Shown here in pieces: positions 55,126 through 64,000 of a stretch of 64,000 nucleotides of DNA; the stretch's first letter is position 1, and every line of letters starts with the position of its first letter. The notes below the pieces were generated by a model, which had not been told where the DNA came from, did no database searches, and was given only the letters and a program-made list of their open reading frames with translations. Source of the stretch: Bacillota bacterium (GTDB lineage Bacteria > Bacillota > Limnochordia > DUMW01). The stretch lies in assembly GCA_012839765.1 (NCBI GenBank), contig DUMW01000027.1:1137-65136 (forward strand), given 5' to 3'. Both the position numbers and the translations under genes were made by a program.

Positions 55126-56247
55126 ATGTCCATCACACCCTGTCGCGAAAAGTGGAAGGGTACTATGACAGATCGCGAGCGTTTCAACCGGCAGATGCAC
55201 TATCAACCCTTCGATCGTACTTTCAATATGGAGTTTGGGTACTGGAACGAAAACTTCGAGACATGGGAAATCTTCAAGAAGAGCAATATCCGCAACAACG
55301 CGGAGGCGGATCGTTTCTTCAACTTTGATCGGTTTGAGCTAATTGGGGGCAATGTTTGGTTATCCCCATACTTCAAGACCGAAATCGTCAAAGAAACGCC
55401 CACCACCAAGATCGAGATCAATCCCGATGGGCTATTGGTGGAAGTGCCGAAAACGGGCCATTCCACAATTCCTCGATGTATCGGTTCTTCCATCCAAACC
55501 CCGGCGGACTGGAAAAGGGTAAAGGTCGAGCGATTTCGCCGGGATGATCCCCGAAGGAAAGTAGATATCGAGGCTTTGAAGAAAAAGCACCCGGAGGATC
55601 GAGACTATCCTTTAGGGGTATGGTGCGGCTCTATGATCGGAAAAATCCGGGACATGCTGACGGTGGAAGGACTGGCCTATGCGTGCTATGACTACCCGGA
55701 CATGGTCGAAGATATGGTGGAGACCGCCTGCGTCCTTGTGGAAGACTTTCTCGACCAGGTCTTGCCCCATTTCGACTTTGATTACGCCGCGGGATGGGAA
55801 GACATATGCTTCAATCACGGTCCCCTGGTCACCCTAGACTTCTTCAAGAACGTTGTAGTCCCTCGCTACAAGAGGATTAACCGGAAGCTTAAAAAATATG
55901 GGATTGATATTTGGTATGTGGATTGTGATGGAGATGTAAGACCTCTGTTACCCTATTTCCTGGAATCTGGTATCAACTGTCTTTTCCCCTATGAAGTAAA
56001 CAGCTGCAGTCATCCTAAGGAACTTTTGGACGAGTATGGCAAGGAATTGCGGATCATGGGGGGCTTTGACAAGATTCAACTGATCAAAGGCAAGGAAGCG
56101 ATCAAGAAGTACATGGAATCATTGATCCCCTTGGTGGAGCGGGGAGGATACATTCCCTTCTGTGATCATCGCTGTCCGCCTGACGTTACCGAGGAGAACT
56201 ACCTGTACTACCTGGATTTGAAAGAAGAAATCTTCGGCATAAAGTAG
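55126..56247 (+). CDS. Uroporphyrinogen decarboxylase (URO-D)-like family protein
   Basis: URO-D/MtaA-like C-terminal blocks (RIMGGFDKIQLIKG, GGYIPFCDHRCPPDVTEENYLY). SD AAAGGAGG 7 nt before ATG 55126. Confidence 0.6.
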   Translation: MSITPCREKWKGTMTDRERFNRQMHYQPFDRTFNMEFGYWNENFETWEIFKKSNIRNNAEADRFFNFDRFELIGGNVWLSPYFKTEIVKETPTTKIEINPDGLLVEVPKTGHSTIPRCIGSSIQTPADWKRVKVERFRRDDPRRKVDIEALKKKHPEDRDYPLGVWCGSMIGKIRDMLTVEGLAYACYDYPDMVEDMVETACVLVEDFLDQVLPHFDFDYAAGWEDICFNHGPLVTLDFFKNVVVPRYKRINRKLKKYGIDIWYVDCDGDVRPLLPYFLESGINCLFPYEVNSCSHPKELLDEYGKELRIMGGFDKIQLIKGKEAIKKYMESLIPLVERGGYIPFCDHRCPPDVTEENYLYYLDLKEEIFGIK

Positions 56248-56422
56248 TTGCTAGACAAGGCCCGGTGCAATACCGGGCCTTTCTCAGAACTGGTCAAAAA
56301 AGGCAGATAAGACCCTATTCCACACGGGCCTATTCATTGAATGAAATCTCGCCCCTATGGTATAGTATAGTGTGACCACCCGATTCCTGGAATTGGCCGG
56401 ATCCCACAGGAGGAGGTACATT

Positions 56423-56938
56423 ATGGATTTCCTGAGTCTTGCCACAAAACGGCAGAGTGTCCGTGGCTTTTCCCAGCAACCGATTGAGAAGGATAAGCTA
56501 CAGAAAGTCCTAGAGGCCGCGAGATTGGCACCTTCGGCCAACAATCGCCAACCATGGAAGCTGATCGTAGTCCAAGACAAGGCAACCCGAGAAAAACTCA
56601 CCGACATCGCCGGTGGACAGCGCTTTGTAGGGGAAGCACCGGTGGTGATTGTAGCTGTGGCATTGGAGCCGGAGCGGGTGATGCGTTGTCAGGTACCGGC
56701 CTATGCAGTGGATACAGCTATCGCCTTGGACCACCTCAGTTTAGCCGCAGCCGCCCTGGGACTGGGTACCTGTTGGATTGGCCATTTTGATCAAGCACAA
56801 ACGAAGGAGCTGTTGAACATTCCAGCGGAGTATAAAGTGGTTGCCCTAATGCCCCTCGGGTATCCCAAATCGCCCGAACAGAGGCCTAAACGACGTAAGT
56901 CTCTAGATGAGCTGGTCTGTTACGACTTGTGGTCGTAG
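56423..56938 (+). CDS. Nitroreductase family protein
   Basis: RQSVRGF...APSANNRQPWKLIVV nitroreductase signature. Start ATG 56423 behind AGGAGGAGG (track 56372 rejected). Confidence 0.85.
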   Translation: MDFLSLATKRQSVRGFSQQPIEKDKLQKVLEAARLAPSANNRQPWKLIVVQDKATREKLTDIAGGQRFVGEAPVVIVAVALEPERVMRCQVPAYAVDTAIALDHLSLAAAALGLGTCWIGHFDQAQTKELLNIPAEYKVVALMPLGYPKSPEQRPKRRKSLDELVCYDLWS

Positions 56939-56950
56939 AAAGGTCCAAAG

Positions 56951-57403
56951 GTGATGGAGAGGATCCGCACAGTTGTCGGGTGGCTGGGTGTCCTTGGCTT
57001 CATAGTCCTTGTGGTCATTGCATCAGAAAATCAGCAATTCCATGCGTCCTTTATGTTCGCACTGTTAGAAAGATATGTTCCCCACCTGACAGTGCACCAG
57101 AAATACTTGCTGGTATTCTGGACCCGAAAGACGATCCACGTCACAGGCTACGCGGTGCTGGCCCTTTGTTGCTACTACGCCAGTGTGGGCACAAGAGGGT
57201 TGAGGAGGCGGCCTTTTTTGTCCGCCCTTCTTCTGAGCCTTGCCGTAGCCAGCATCGACGAGTTCATCCAGTCCTTTCAAGTAGGAAGATCTGGCACCGT
57301 GGTCGACGTGGCTATAGATGGCATCGGAATTGTCTTAGCTCTATTGCTCTTGCGATTGATTCAATACAAATACAGGAACCAAGCACAAAGGGAAAGGGAC
57401 TGA
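56951..57403 (+). CDS. VanZ-like family membrane protein
   Basis: 4 TM helices plus the VanZ block SIDEFIQSFQVGRSGTVVDVAIDGIGIVLA. Confidence 0.7.
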   Translation: MMERIRTVVGWLGVLGFIVLVVIASENQQFHASFMFALLERYVPHLTVHQKYLLVFWTRKTIHVTGYAVLALCCYYASVGTRGLRRRPFLSALLLSLAVASIDEFIQSFQVGRSGTVVDVAIDGIGIVLALLLLRLIQYKYRNQAQRERD

Positions 57404-57412
57404 TTTGCAACG

Positions 57413-57847
57413 ATGAACCCAACGTTGAAGGTCAAATTGCTCTCACCCGAGGCAAAACTTCCCGAATACGCCCATGAGGGCGATGCGGGATTGGATCTTT
57501 TTTCCGTCGACGAAACCGTTATCGCTCCAGGAGAAGTTGCAGCGGTAGGAACGGGCATCAGCATTGAACTGCCCCCGAATACAGAGGGACAAGTGAGGCC
57601 GCGGAGTGGTTTGGCTTTGAAACATCAGATTACCGTGCTAAATAGCCCGGGGACCATTGACCAGGGGTACCGGGGTGAGATCAAAGTATTGTTGTTCAAT
57701 TGCGGCAAGGAACCCTTTAGTGTTACTAAGGGAATGAAGATCGCCCAACTGGTGGTAGCCCCAGTCCATCGGGTCAAGGTGGAGACTACGGATTCATTAA
57801 GTGATACAGCACGTCAAGATGGGGGATTTGGTTCCACCGGTCTTTAG
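57413..57847 (+). CDS. dut: dUTP diphosphatase
   Basis: dUTPase motifs [28 protein letters not shown] and the C-terminal GGFGSTG motif V. Confidence 0.9.
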   Translation: MNPTLKVKLLSPEAKLPEYAHEGDAGLDLFSVDETVIAPGEVAAVGTGISIELPPNTEGQVRPRSGLALKHQITVLNSPGTIDQGYRGEIKVLLFNCGKEPFSVTKGMKIAQLVVAPVHRVKVETTDSLSDTARQDGGFGSTGL

Positions 57848-58365
57848 GCCCATCAGCGGCCCCTTTACACCGAGACGGTCATACTCTTCATCCCACAAAA
57901 GAGTCAGATCATTGTCTATGCGTAAGAATAGAGAATACGAGGATGACAGATACGGGCAACCATACTGGATCACTAACAAACTAGGAGCGTATGGCCCTCA
58001 AGTATATACAGCTTATACGCTGAGGTCAAAGTCCAAGTCTTCTAAATTGGACGACCAGAACGTAGGTAGATAAATCGTGTTTCTGTATAGGTCAAGATGA
58101 CTCTCACATCGAGGGTCATCAAGGGGGCACTATGAGATTTTAACTATACTAAATGTACTTGTTTGATAATACTTGGGAAAGATTGTGAATCTTGTATATA
58201 ACAAGAGACATACCATATTTCGTTCTATGATTTGGAATGTGTAGTGCTGACCTTTTGGAAGTTTCGCAAGGTGGATTGGTTTCAATGGAATGTTAGTCCG
58301 CGTTGCTTGTGGCAACGGCTGACGGGAGACTAAGATAGTTACAAAATGAAAGGAGGTTTTTGCTA

Positions 58366-58875
58366 ATGCTAAATGAAAACATCAAGGCGATCAGAAAAGC
58401 AAAAGGACTTACCCAGGAAGAGCTTGCCATCAAGCTAAATGTAGTTCGGCAGACAGTCTCTAAATGGGAAAAAGGCTTGTCAGTTCCTGATGCCGAGATG
58501 TTGATGTCCCTATCGGAAGTACTTGAAACACCTGTAAGCACTTTGCTTGGAGAGACTATAGACCCTCCCAAGGTGGATGACTTAAAGGTGATATCCGAAA
58601 AACTTGAGGTCATAAACACGCAGCTTGCTCAAATTAGGGGGGCTAGGCGTAAAATTCTTCATTGGCTTTGTATTTCACTATGTGCAGCTACATTAATTGC
58701 TTTTGTGGTTTTGATAGTGGCCGATAGTCCTTACTTGGCCTGGGACTATAGCGACCCCGAAACCGCAGTTCTTGGAGTGGGATTCCACATTCTTGAGTGG
58801 TTATTCGTCCGAATAGCTCCCTTTGCATTGATTGGGGCAGTTGTTGGAGCCTTCTTAACTCGGAAAAAGACATAA
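58366..58875 (+). CDS. XRE-family HTH transcriptional regulator with C-terminal transmembrane segment
   Basis: HTH_3 motif IKAIRKAKGLTQEELAIKLNVVRQTVSKWEKG. C-terminal TM helices. ATG 58366 is 9 nt after AGGAGG. Confidence 0.8.
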   Translation: MLNENIKAIRKAKGLTQEELAIKLNVVRQTVSKWEKGLSVPDAEMLMSLSEVLETPVSTLLGETIDPPKVDDLKVISEKLEVINTQLAQIRGARRKILHWLCISLCAATLIAFVVLIVADSPYLAWDYSDPETAVLGVGFHILEWLFVRIAPFALIGAVVGAFLTRKKT

Positions 58876-59183
58876 TGATGGATCTGCTGTTGTGAACACA
58901 AAATGCAGTCTAGATACTACTGAGACTATAGTTGAGCCGAAAGTCATCATGGCACCAGTAAATCAGCAGTGGTCTTCACACATCGGGCCGCTGAGGGCGG
59001 TGGCCAATCTACAGACAGATTCATTTCTTCATGCCATGACCTAGGAGGAAATCCCGATGGTCGTGGCGAATTGACTAATATGTGTCCAAATGCGAAGAGG
59101 CTCCTTCGGAAATATTCCCGTAAGGAATGGTCACGCTAAAGCTTTAATGCTAAGTACCACGTGATAATAGGGAGGCTATTTTA

Positions 59184-59963
59184 ATGGGAAACTCGGATGT
59201 ATTACGCGTATGGATTATGGGCTTTGCACTGCTACTAGTCATGGGGTTTTTGGCGCTGCCACTGCCCTCTAGCCTACAAATCGGACTTTTCAACCATATC
59301 CACTTCGCTTTGCTTTACATCTTAGCCGTCGTAAGTGCCGTTCTGCTGGTGGAACAGGTTGTTCAATGGGTAACGGGTAAACGGTCCGCCACAAGACCTT
59401 GGGTATTGCTTTTGGCGGGAGCCATTCTTACCGTGGGAATCACCCATGTATTAACGGCTAGAATGTCCACCATCCATATTGCGGGCAGCTATACCCGGCT
59501 ACTTGATGAGAACCCTTGGACCGTTCTGAAGCAATATATCACCGAGGCGACGTTCTTTGACAAGCTCCCTGCCATCGCCATCTCGGGACTAATCCATGCC
59601 GTTTTGGGAGCCATCGTGCTGGTGTCGGAGCTGCTTCGGGGACTAGTTACCAAGAAGTATGACATGGCGTTTTTCGAGAGCGTTTTGTTTACCAGTTTTG
59701 TCGTCGGAGCTACTAGCCTGATCATGTTTGCCCGCAACTTGTCCGTGCGCAGTGCTTGGAGAAGGAACTTTGATCTTGTCGCTCCACAGATCATCCAGCC
59801 CGGGGATATCCCCACGGGAGTAACGGCACGAGTGCTCAACGTCATTCAGGCCACAATTAAGGTGCCCCTTGTCATCCTCGGCATAAGCTTTGCCCTCAGT
59901 GTTGTGGTCTATGTGATTTACCGGCTTCGTCAAAGCCAATTGCAAAAAGTCTACGAACAGTAA
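59184..59963 (+). CDS. Membrane protein, unknown function (about 6 TM)
   Basis: Hydrophobic ORF with SD TAGGGAGG, followed by a strong terminator. It may be functionally paired with the upstream membrane-anchored XRE regulator. Confidence 0.5.
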   Translation: MGNSDVLRVWIMGFALLLVMGFLALPLPSSLQIGLFNHIHFALLYILAVVSAVLLVEQVVQWVTGKRSATRPWVLLLAGAILTVGITHVLTARMSTIHIAGSYTRLLDENPWTVLKQYITEATFFDKLPAIAISGLIHAVLGAIVLVSELLRGLVTKKYDMAFFESVLFTSFVVGATSLIMFARNLSVRSAWRRNFDLVAPQIIQPGDIPTGVTARVLNVIQATIKVPLVILGISFALSVVVYVIYRLRQSQLQKVYEQ

Positions 59964-59965
59964 AG

Positions 59966-60005
59966 GTTATAGGCCCCTGTAAGTCTCGGGGCCTTTTTTT
60001 TTTTA
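59966..60005 (+). terminator. Rho-independent terminator
   Basis: GGCCCCTGTAAGTCTCGGGGCC followed by T11. Confidence 0.8.
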
Positions 60006-60305
60006 GACTTCTTAGATCACAGGTTACCGTCTCTATAAATGTTCCTGTTAATGCTAGCCGGCATAAGCCAATCTGCCCTGGAAAGGCAGAACGTGAACTG
60101 GAAAAAGCACTAAAGATTTGCTAAAGTTAATGTCTAGCAAGAAGGCATAGCATCTTACTCTGATAGCTACATTTCCATCCTGTGCCAAGGGTGCGCGTTT
60201 TGACACCGAGGAAAAAGAAGGGAATCTTACGCCTCGGGCGTAATAGTGGACTTTAGACTCCGGATAAAGGTGGTATCAAGGGAGGGCCAGCTCGGCTAGC
60301 TAGTT

Positions 60306-62033
60306 ATGAAACGCTACTCTGATCTAATTCTAGTCTGTTCGATCATCATCCTTTTGAACCCGTCCCAACCAGCAGGTGCCACTCCCGAAGCCTTGCAAGG
60401 TTTTCTAGACCTTTCTACGGTGAATTTTGCCCAAGAACCTTCGCTGCCCTTGGCGGGGGAATGGGAGTTCTATTGGGAACGACTGCTGGACCCCGCTCAG
60501 TTCGTCACCATGCCTCAGCCTACAGGTTTCATCTCCTTGCCCCGCGCCTGGAACGGATATCCCCTAGGGGAAGGGAAGCTTCCGGGGGAAGGATATGCCA
60601 CTTTCCGACTTCAGGTCACGTTACCCGAGCATACTGAACCCCTAGCCCTGTATGTTCCCTACATGGGTACTGCTTATACCATGTGGATCAACGGTAGATT
60701 AGTAGCGAAAAACGGGGTAGTGGGTGAGCAACGTGAGGACATGGTGCCGGAGTACGCACCCGTGGTGGTCACACCTTTACCCGTAAATGACACCATGGAG
60801 ATCGTGGTGCAGGTGTCCAACTTCCACCACCGCCGCGGTGGTATGTGGCAACCCCTCATCCTCGGTGAGGCGTCGACCATTCTCAGACAGAAAGAGCAAA
60901 GACAACTTCGTATCATGTTCCTGTTGGGCGGTGTCGTCCTTGCCAGTGTCTTTCACTTGGGACTATACATGTTCACCCGGTTTCAACGCCATACTCTATA
61001 CTTTGCCATCTTTAGCCTGATCATGGCGGGTCGCACCCTGTTTCTCGACGACATTCTGATCAAATCCCTGTGGCCCGGTTTGTCTTGGGAGTGGCAGTTG
61101 AAACTGGAATACTTAGCCATGTATTTAGCCGTGCCGGTCTTTGCCAGTTTCACCCAGTCCATTTCCTGTCGGATCAGTCCACCGCAGGTCACCAAGACCT
61201 TCTGGTTGGTAACTGGTTTTTTCACCGTTATTACCCTGGTCACTCCGGCAATAGTCTACACCAAGGTTTTACCTTTCTTCCAAGCGGTCATTTTTGCAGC
61301 CATCTTGTACTTTGCCTATACCATCATCTGCGTATTCAAAACAACAGAAGGACGCTTTCCGTACGAGCTTTTGACTACTTTCGTCAGCTCCTGGCTAGTC
61401 GCCGCGGCAGTCGTCTCGGATATCCTGTTTCATTACAGTCTTATCAAGACCCTTAATATCTGTTCATTACATCTTACGGTGCTCCTAGTGATGGAATTGG
61501 CGCTCTTTGTCCTACACACCAGCCATACCAGCAAGCTTGCGTTGATCGATCCTTTAACGGAGACCTACAACCGCAATATGCTTAACCAGGAACTTGAACG
61601 GATTCTGGCCACCTGTGAACGTTCGGGAAAACCTTGCTCCGTGGCCATTTTGGACATCGACGGATTCAAACAATTCAACGATACTTTCGGCCACATTTAT
61701 GCCGATCGCTTCTTACATAAACTGGCTCAGTTCCTGCGCACCAGTATCCGTCGTTCGGACCTAGTGGTCCGCTTTGGTGGCGACGAGTTTGTTATTCTCC
61801 TGCCGGCCACCAGTGTCTACCAGGCGGTGCGTGCCCTTAGGCGCCTGAAACACACCATGGACGAGGACTTTCTCGTTGACACCCCTCTGCTTTCGGTTTC
61901 CATCGGGATTTCCACCTTCCCAGAGCCGGCCCGGACCAAGGAAGAATTGTTGGAACAGGCAGACCGTGCCCTCTACAGGGCCAAACAAGAAAAGAACAAC
62001 ATTGTCCACTTCGAAGAGGGACCTGTTACGTAA
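60306..62033 (+). CDS. Diguanylate cyclase with 7TMR-DISM extracellular and 7-TM receptor domains (GGDEF)
   Basis: Signal peptide, then a periplasmic 7TMR-DISMED2-like domain and 7 TM helices. Intact GGDEF domain (RFGGDEFVILL) with an I-site-like RRSD. Confidence 0.85.
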   Translation: MKRYSDLILVCSIIILLNPSQPAGATPEALQGFLDLSTVNFAQEPSLPLAGEWEFYWERLLDPAQFVTMPQPTGFISLPRAWNGYPLGEGKLPGEGYATFRLQVTLPEHTEPLALYVPYMGTAYTMWINGRLVAKNGVVGEQREDMVPEYAPVVVTPLPVNDTMEIVVQVSNFHHRRGGMWQPLILGEASTILRQKEQRQLRIMFLLGGVVLASVFHLGLYMFTRFQRHTLYFAIFSLIMAGRTLFLDDILIKSLWPGLSWEWQLKLEYLAMYLAVPVFASFTQSISCRISPPQVTKTFWLVTGFFTVITLVTPAIVYTKVLPFFQAVIFAAILYFAYTIICVFKTTEGRFPYELLTTFVSSWLVAAAVVSDILFHYSLIKTLNICSLHLTVLLVMELALFVLHTSHTSKLALIDPLTETYNRNMLNQELERILATCERSGKPCSVAILDIDGFKQFNDTFGHIYADRFLHKLAQFLRTSIRRSDLVVRFGGDEFVILLPATSVYQAVRALRRLKHTMDEDFLVDTPLLSVSIGISTFPEPARTKEELLEQADRALYRAKQEKNNIVHFEEGPVT

Positions 62034-62120
62034 TTCACGGAAGGAAATCTATCTCACGTCACGTAATATATTGTTAGTACCCAGAGTTGTCAGAGAGTCC
62101 AGACAGGGAGAGAATAACGA

Positions 62121-63080
62121 TTGCTAACAACTATTAACCCACAGGAAGTACAAGCTTGGGCAAACCAAATTGAAGAGAATATCGCACTGGTCATCGTGGG
62201 CAAGACCGACGCCATCGAATTGCTGTTGGTGGCACTTTTGTGCGAGGGCCACATCCTGGTGGAAGACGTGCCAGGGGTCGGCAAGACAATGCTAGCCCGA
62301 TCTTTAGCGGCCAGTCTCGGCTGCAAGTTCAGCAGAATTCAGTTTACTCCCGACCTCTTGCCTTCGGATATTACTGGAGTATCGGTTTTCAACCAAAAAA
62401 CCAACGATTTCGAGTTCCGACCCGGGCCCGTGATGTCCCAGATCCTTTTAGCTGACGAGGTCAACCGGGCCACGCCCAGAACCCAGTCCAGTTTACTAGA
62501 AGCCATGGAAGAGCGCACGGTCACGGTGGATGGAACCACCTATCCGTTACCTCGCCCTTTCCTCGTCATCGCCACCCAAAACCCAGTGGAATACGAGGGT
62601 ACCTTTCCACTACCCGAGGCGCAACTGGACCGTTTCTTCCTCCGAATCGAACTTGGTTACCCGACAGAGGAGGAAGAACACGAGATCCTACTGAGGCTTC
62701 AAAGGCAACATCCCATTGAACAGCTCACCGCGGTGACCGATCAGGAAACGATTCGCAGAATGCAACAGGTGATCAAAGAAATCTATGTAGAAGAATCGGT
62801 TCGTCAATACATTGTCAACCTGGTGAGAGCCACTCGCCAACATCGCGATATTGCACTAGGAGTCAGCCCACGGGGCACTTTGGCCCTATTCAAGGCTAGC
62901 CAGGCCCTGGCGGGTATACGGGGGAGGGATTACGTCATACCGGATGATGTGAAGACTTTGGCCATCAACGTCTTGGCCCACCGGATCATCTTGAGGTCGG
63001 AAAGTCAGTTGCGGGGCACCACAGATCGGGATGTCATTGCGGATCTCTTAAATACGGTAGCAATTGATTTGGAAAAGTAG
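62121..63080 (+). CDS. MoxR-family AAA+ ATPase
   Basis: Walker A GVPGVGKT, Walker [11 protein letters not shown], sensor blocks VIATQNP. TTG start. Confidence 0.9.
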   Translation: MLTTINPQEVQAWANQIEENIALVIVGKTDAIELLLVALLCEGHILVEDVPGVGKTMLARSLAASLGCKFSRIQFTPDLLPSDITGVSVFNQKTNDFEFRPGPVMSQILLADEVNRATPRTQSSLLEAMEERTVTVDGTTYPLPRPFLVIATQNPVEYEGTFPLPEAQLDRFFLRIELGYPTEEEEHEILLRLQRQHPIEQLTAVTDQETIRRMQQVIKEIYVEESVRQYIVNLVRATRQHRDIALGVSPRGTLALFKASQALAGIRGRDYVIPDDVKTLAINVLAHRIILRSESQLRGTTDRDVIADLLNTVAIDLEK

Positions 63081-63111
63081 ACTATTCAATAGATTAGGAG
63101 GGCACTGAGCG

Positions 63112-63540
63112 ATGAAACCCATGAACAAATACCTAAAGTCAGTGTTGATCATTGTCGGTGCATTGGTGCTGGCGGTTTTGGTATGGTACGGTTTCTTGGC
63201 GGGCTTGGAAAAAATATCGCGGCGTCGTATCGGGATCCTCAATTTCGTGATCTACGCGATCGGTTCAGGTTTGGTGGGTATGATCATCGGATACGGCATG
63301 GTCTATGGCAGCCGACTCAAGAAGGGAGCCTTACTCCAGACCCTTGCCGTGATCGCGACTGTGTTAGTTCTCACCGTAAGCAATTATCTCAGCTTGCGTC
63401 ACTGGGAATCCGGTAAGCTTGTGGCCTCTGTTTCCAGTCTCTTTTTCGACTCACTTCGAGAGAACCCGTATCAGATTCTGTTTTGGCTTGTGGCCATCAT
63501 GACCGCCTGGTCGTTAACCAGCAAAAAACCCTCCAGTTAG
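63112..63540 (+). CDS. Small membrane protein (4 TM), unknown
   Basis: SD AGGAGGG 8 nt before ATG. Hydrophobic. It occupies the slot where MoxR partners (DUF58/VWA) usually sit. Confidence 0.5.
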   Translation: MKPMNKYLKSVLIIVGALVLAVLVWYGFLAGLEKISRRRIGILNFVIYAIGSGLVGMIIGYGMVYGSRLKKGALLQTLAVIATVLVLTVSNYLSLRHWESGKLVASVSSLFFDSLRENPYQILFWLVAIMTAWSLTSKKPSS

Positions 63541-63581
63541 GAAGCGGGTGAAAACCCGTTTCCTAGCTAAAGGAGGCCGTT

Positions 63582-63776
63582 ATGATGGGCCTTCCTTTGG
63601 CATTGCCGCCTACGCCCACCCCTTGTTTTCTTCCCAGCTTACTACCAAATACCAAAGCACCCCCCATACCTACCCAGAAGAACAACCTTTGCATTGATGC
63701 TGAACCAACCATCGACATCAGTCAGTGGAGACAATTTATTAAGCTAGGCAGGAATCTCTTTTGGGCTGTCGAATAG
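63582..63776 (+). CDS. Small Pro-rich hypothetical protein (64 aa), weak
   Basis: Good SD AAAGGAGG 7 nt before ATGATG, but the composition is low-complexity. Confidence 0.3.
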   Translation: MMGLPLALPPTPTPCFLPSLLPNTKAPPIPTQKNNLCIDAEPTIDISQWRQFIKLGRNLFWAVE

Positions 63777-63807
63777 TATAGCTCGTACTGCAAAGTGAAT
63801 ATTGATT

Positions 63808-63900
63808 TGCCCGCTGGGGGAGCACCATCAGGGTGCTGAGAGTGGATTCGTTCCTGACCCCTGAACCTGTTAGGGTAATGCCTGCGTAGGAAAGCGGAGC
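63808..63900 (+). promoter_or_regulatory. TPP (thiamine pyrophosphate) riboswitch aptamer (THI element)
   Basis: CTGGGGGAGC...GGTGCTGAGAG...ACCCCTGAACCTGTTAGGGTAATGCCTGCGTAGGAAAGCGG carries the conserved THI-box elements (GGGG.GC, CUGAGA, ACCCnnGAACCUGnnnGGnUAAUnCCnGCGUAGGnA). P1 is about 63811-63816 paired with 63892-63897. Confidence 0.85.
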
Positions 63901-63913
63901 TCAACGGAACTTT

Positions 63914-63950
63914 GGCGCGTTCTCTTTCCTATGGAGAGCGCGCTTTTTAA
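63914..63950 (+). terminator. Riboswitch expression-platform intrinsic terminator
   Basis: GGCGCGTTCTCT-ttcctatgg-AGAGCGCGC followed by TTTTTAATTT. The regulated gene starts beyond the window end (GGAGG at 63996-64000). Confidence 0.7.
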
Positions 63951-64000
63951 TTTGTAGCGGTGTACTATACAAAGAGCATCGGCTAATCAAAGCATGGAGG

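Noticed and set aside
57801-58073. 90-aa ORF overlapping the dut 3' end
   Set aside because: It overlaps dut in another frame, has no SD, and is low-complexity (S/K/R-rich).
58160-58215. CTTGT-n5-ACAAG inverted repeat upstream of the XRE gene as an operator
   Set aside because: It is short and imperfect. It is mentioned only as a candidate, not called as a feature.

Overview
This 64 kb window is a gene-dense, high-GC chromosomal segment (roughly mid-50s % by eye, with a visibly AT-richer island at about 52.8-60.3 kb). It looks like a spore-forming anaerobic Firmicute (splB, Spo0E-like, SpoIIE-type PP2C, electron-bifurcating [FeFe] hydrogenase); this is inference only. All calls below are by eye from the sequence and the ORF track, with no searches run, and hand-indexed coordinates for non-ORF features may be off by a base or two.

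Main content, in order:
1. A partial HAD-hydrolase gene on the minus strand at the window start, missed by the ORF track.
2. An MBL-fold hydrolase, a D-2-hydroxyacid dehydrogenase, and a secreted DUF4140/DUF4139-like protein with a clean terminator.
3. A four-gene, translationally coupled Wadjet/MksBEFG-type SMC defence locus (4158-11928). It has an atypical gene order (Toprim gene first) and an apparent Walker-B Asp-Asn in the SMC ATPase.
4. A glycan-utilisation cluster: GH172/DUF2961-like, GH127-like, a secreted six-hairpin glycosidase, a secreted HExxH protein, an orphan ABC sugar-binding protein and a CBM9-like protein.
5. A poorly coding, possibly decayed stretch, then splB, a MATE exporter, and MscS.
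6. A 26-bp tandem palindromic repeat in a divergent promoter, an amidohydrolase, and two paralogous MATE/MOP-like membrane proteins (the second is at 51.4 kb).
7. One long hydrogenase operon (31646-39195): small 2Fe-2S protein, sensory [FeFe] hydrogenase HydS (TSSCP variant plus PAS), PP2C phosphatase, hydC, hydB, hydA, followed by rex.
8. hslO, a Gfo/Idh/MocA oxidoreductase, a tandem HD/HD-GYP protein, and a MerR/TipA-like regulator with a textbook 19-bp-spacer autoregulatory promoter.
9. A frameshifted HNH endonuclease, an ADP-ribosylglycohydrolase with a long C-terminal extension, a split ThrE-type exporter pair, Spo0E-like, an aldo-keto reductase, and a hypothetical.
10. The AT-richer island: an orphan structured leader or sRNA with its own terminator, an orphan type IV pilin, AraC, URO-D-like, nitroreductase, VanZ, dut, and XRE plus a membrane protein.
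11. A 7TMR-DISM GGDEF cyclase, MoxR ATPase, and a TPP riboswitch with terminator at the window end.

No rRNA, tRNA, CRISPR, or transposase was seen.
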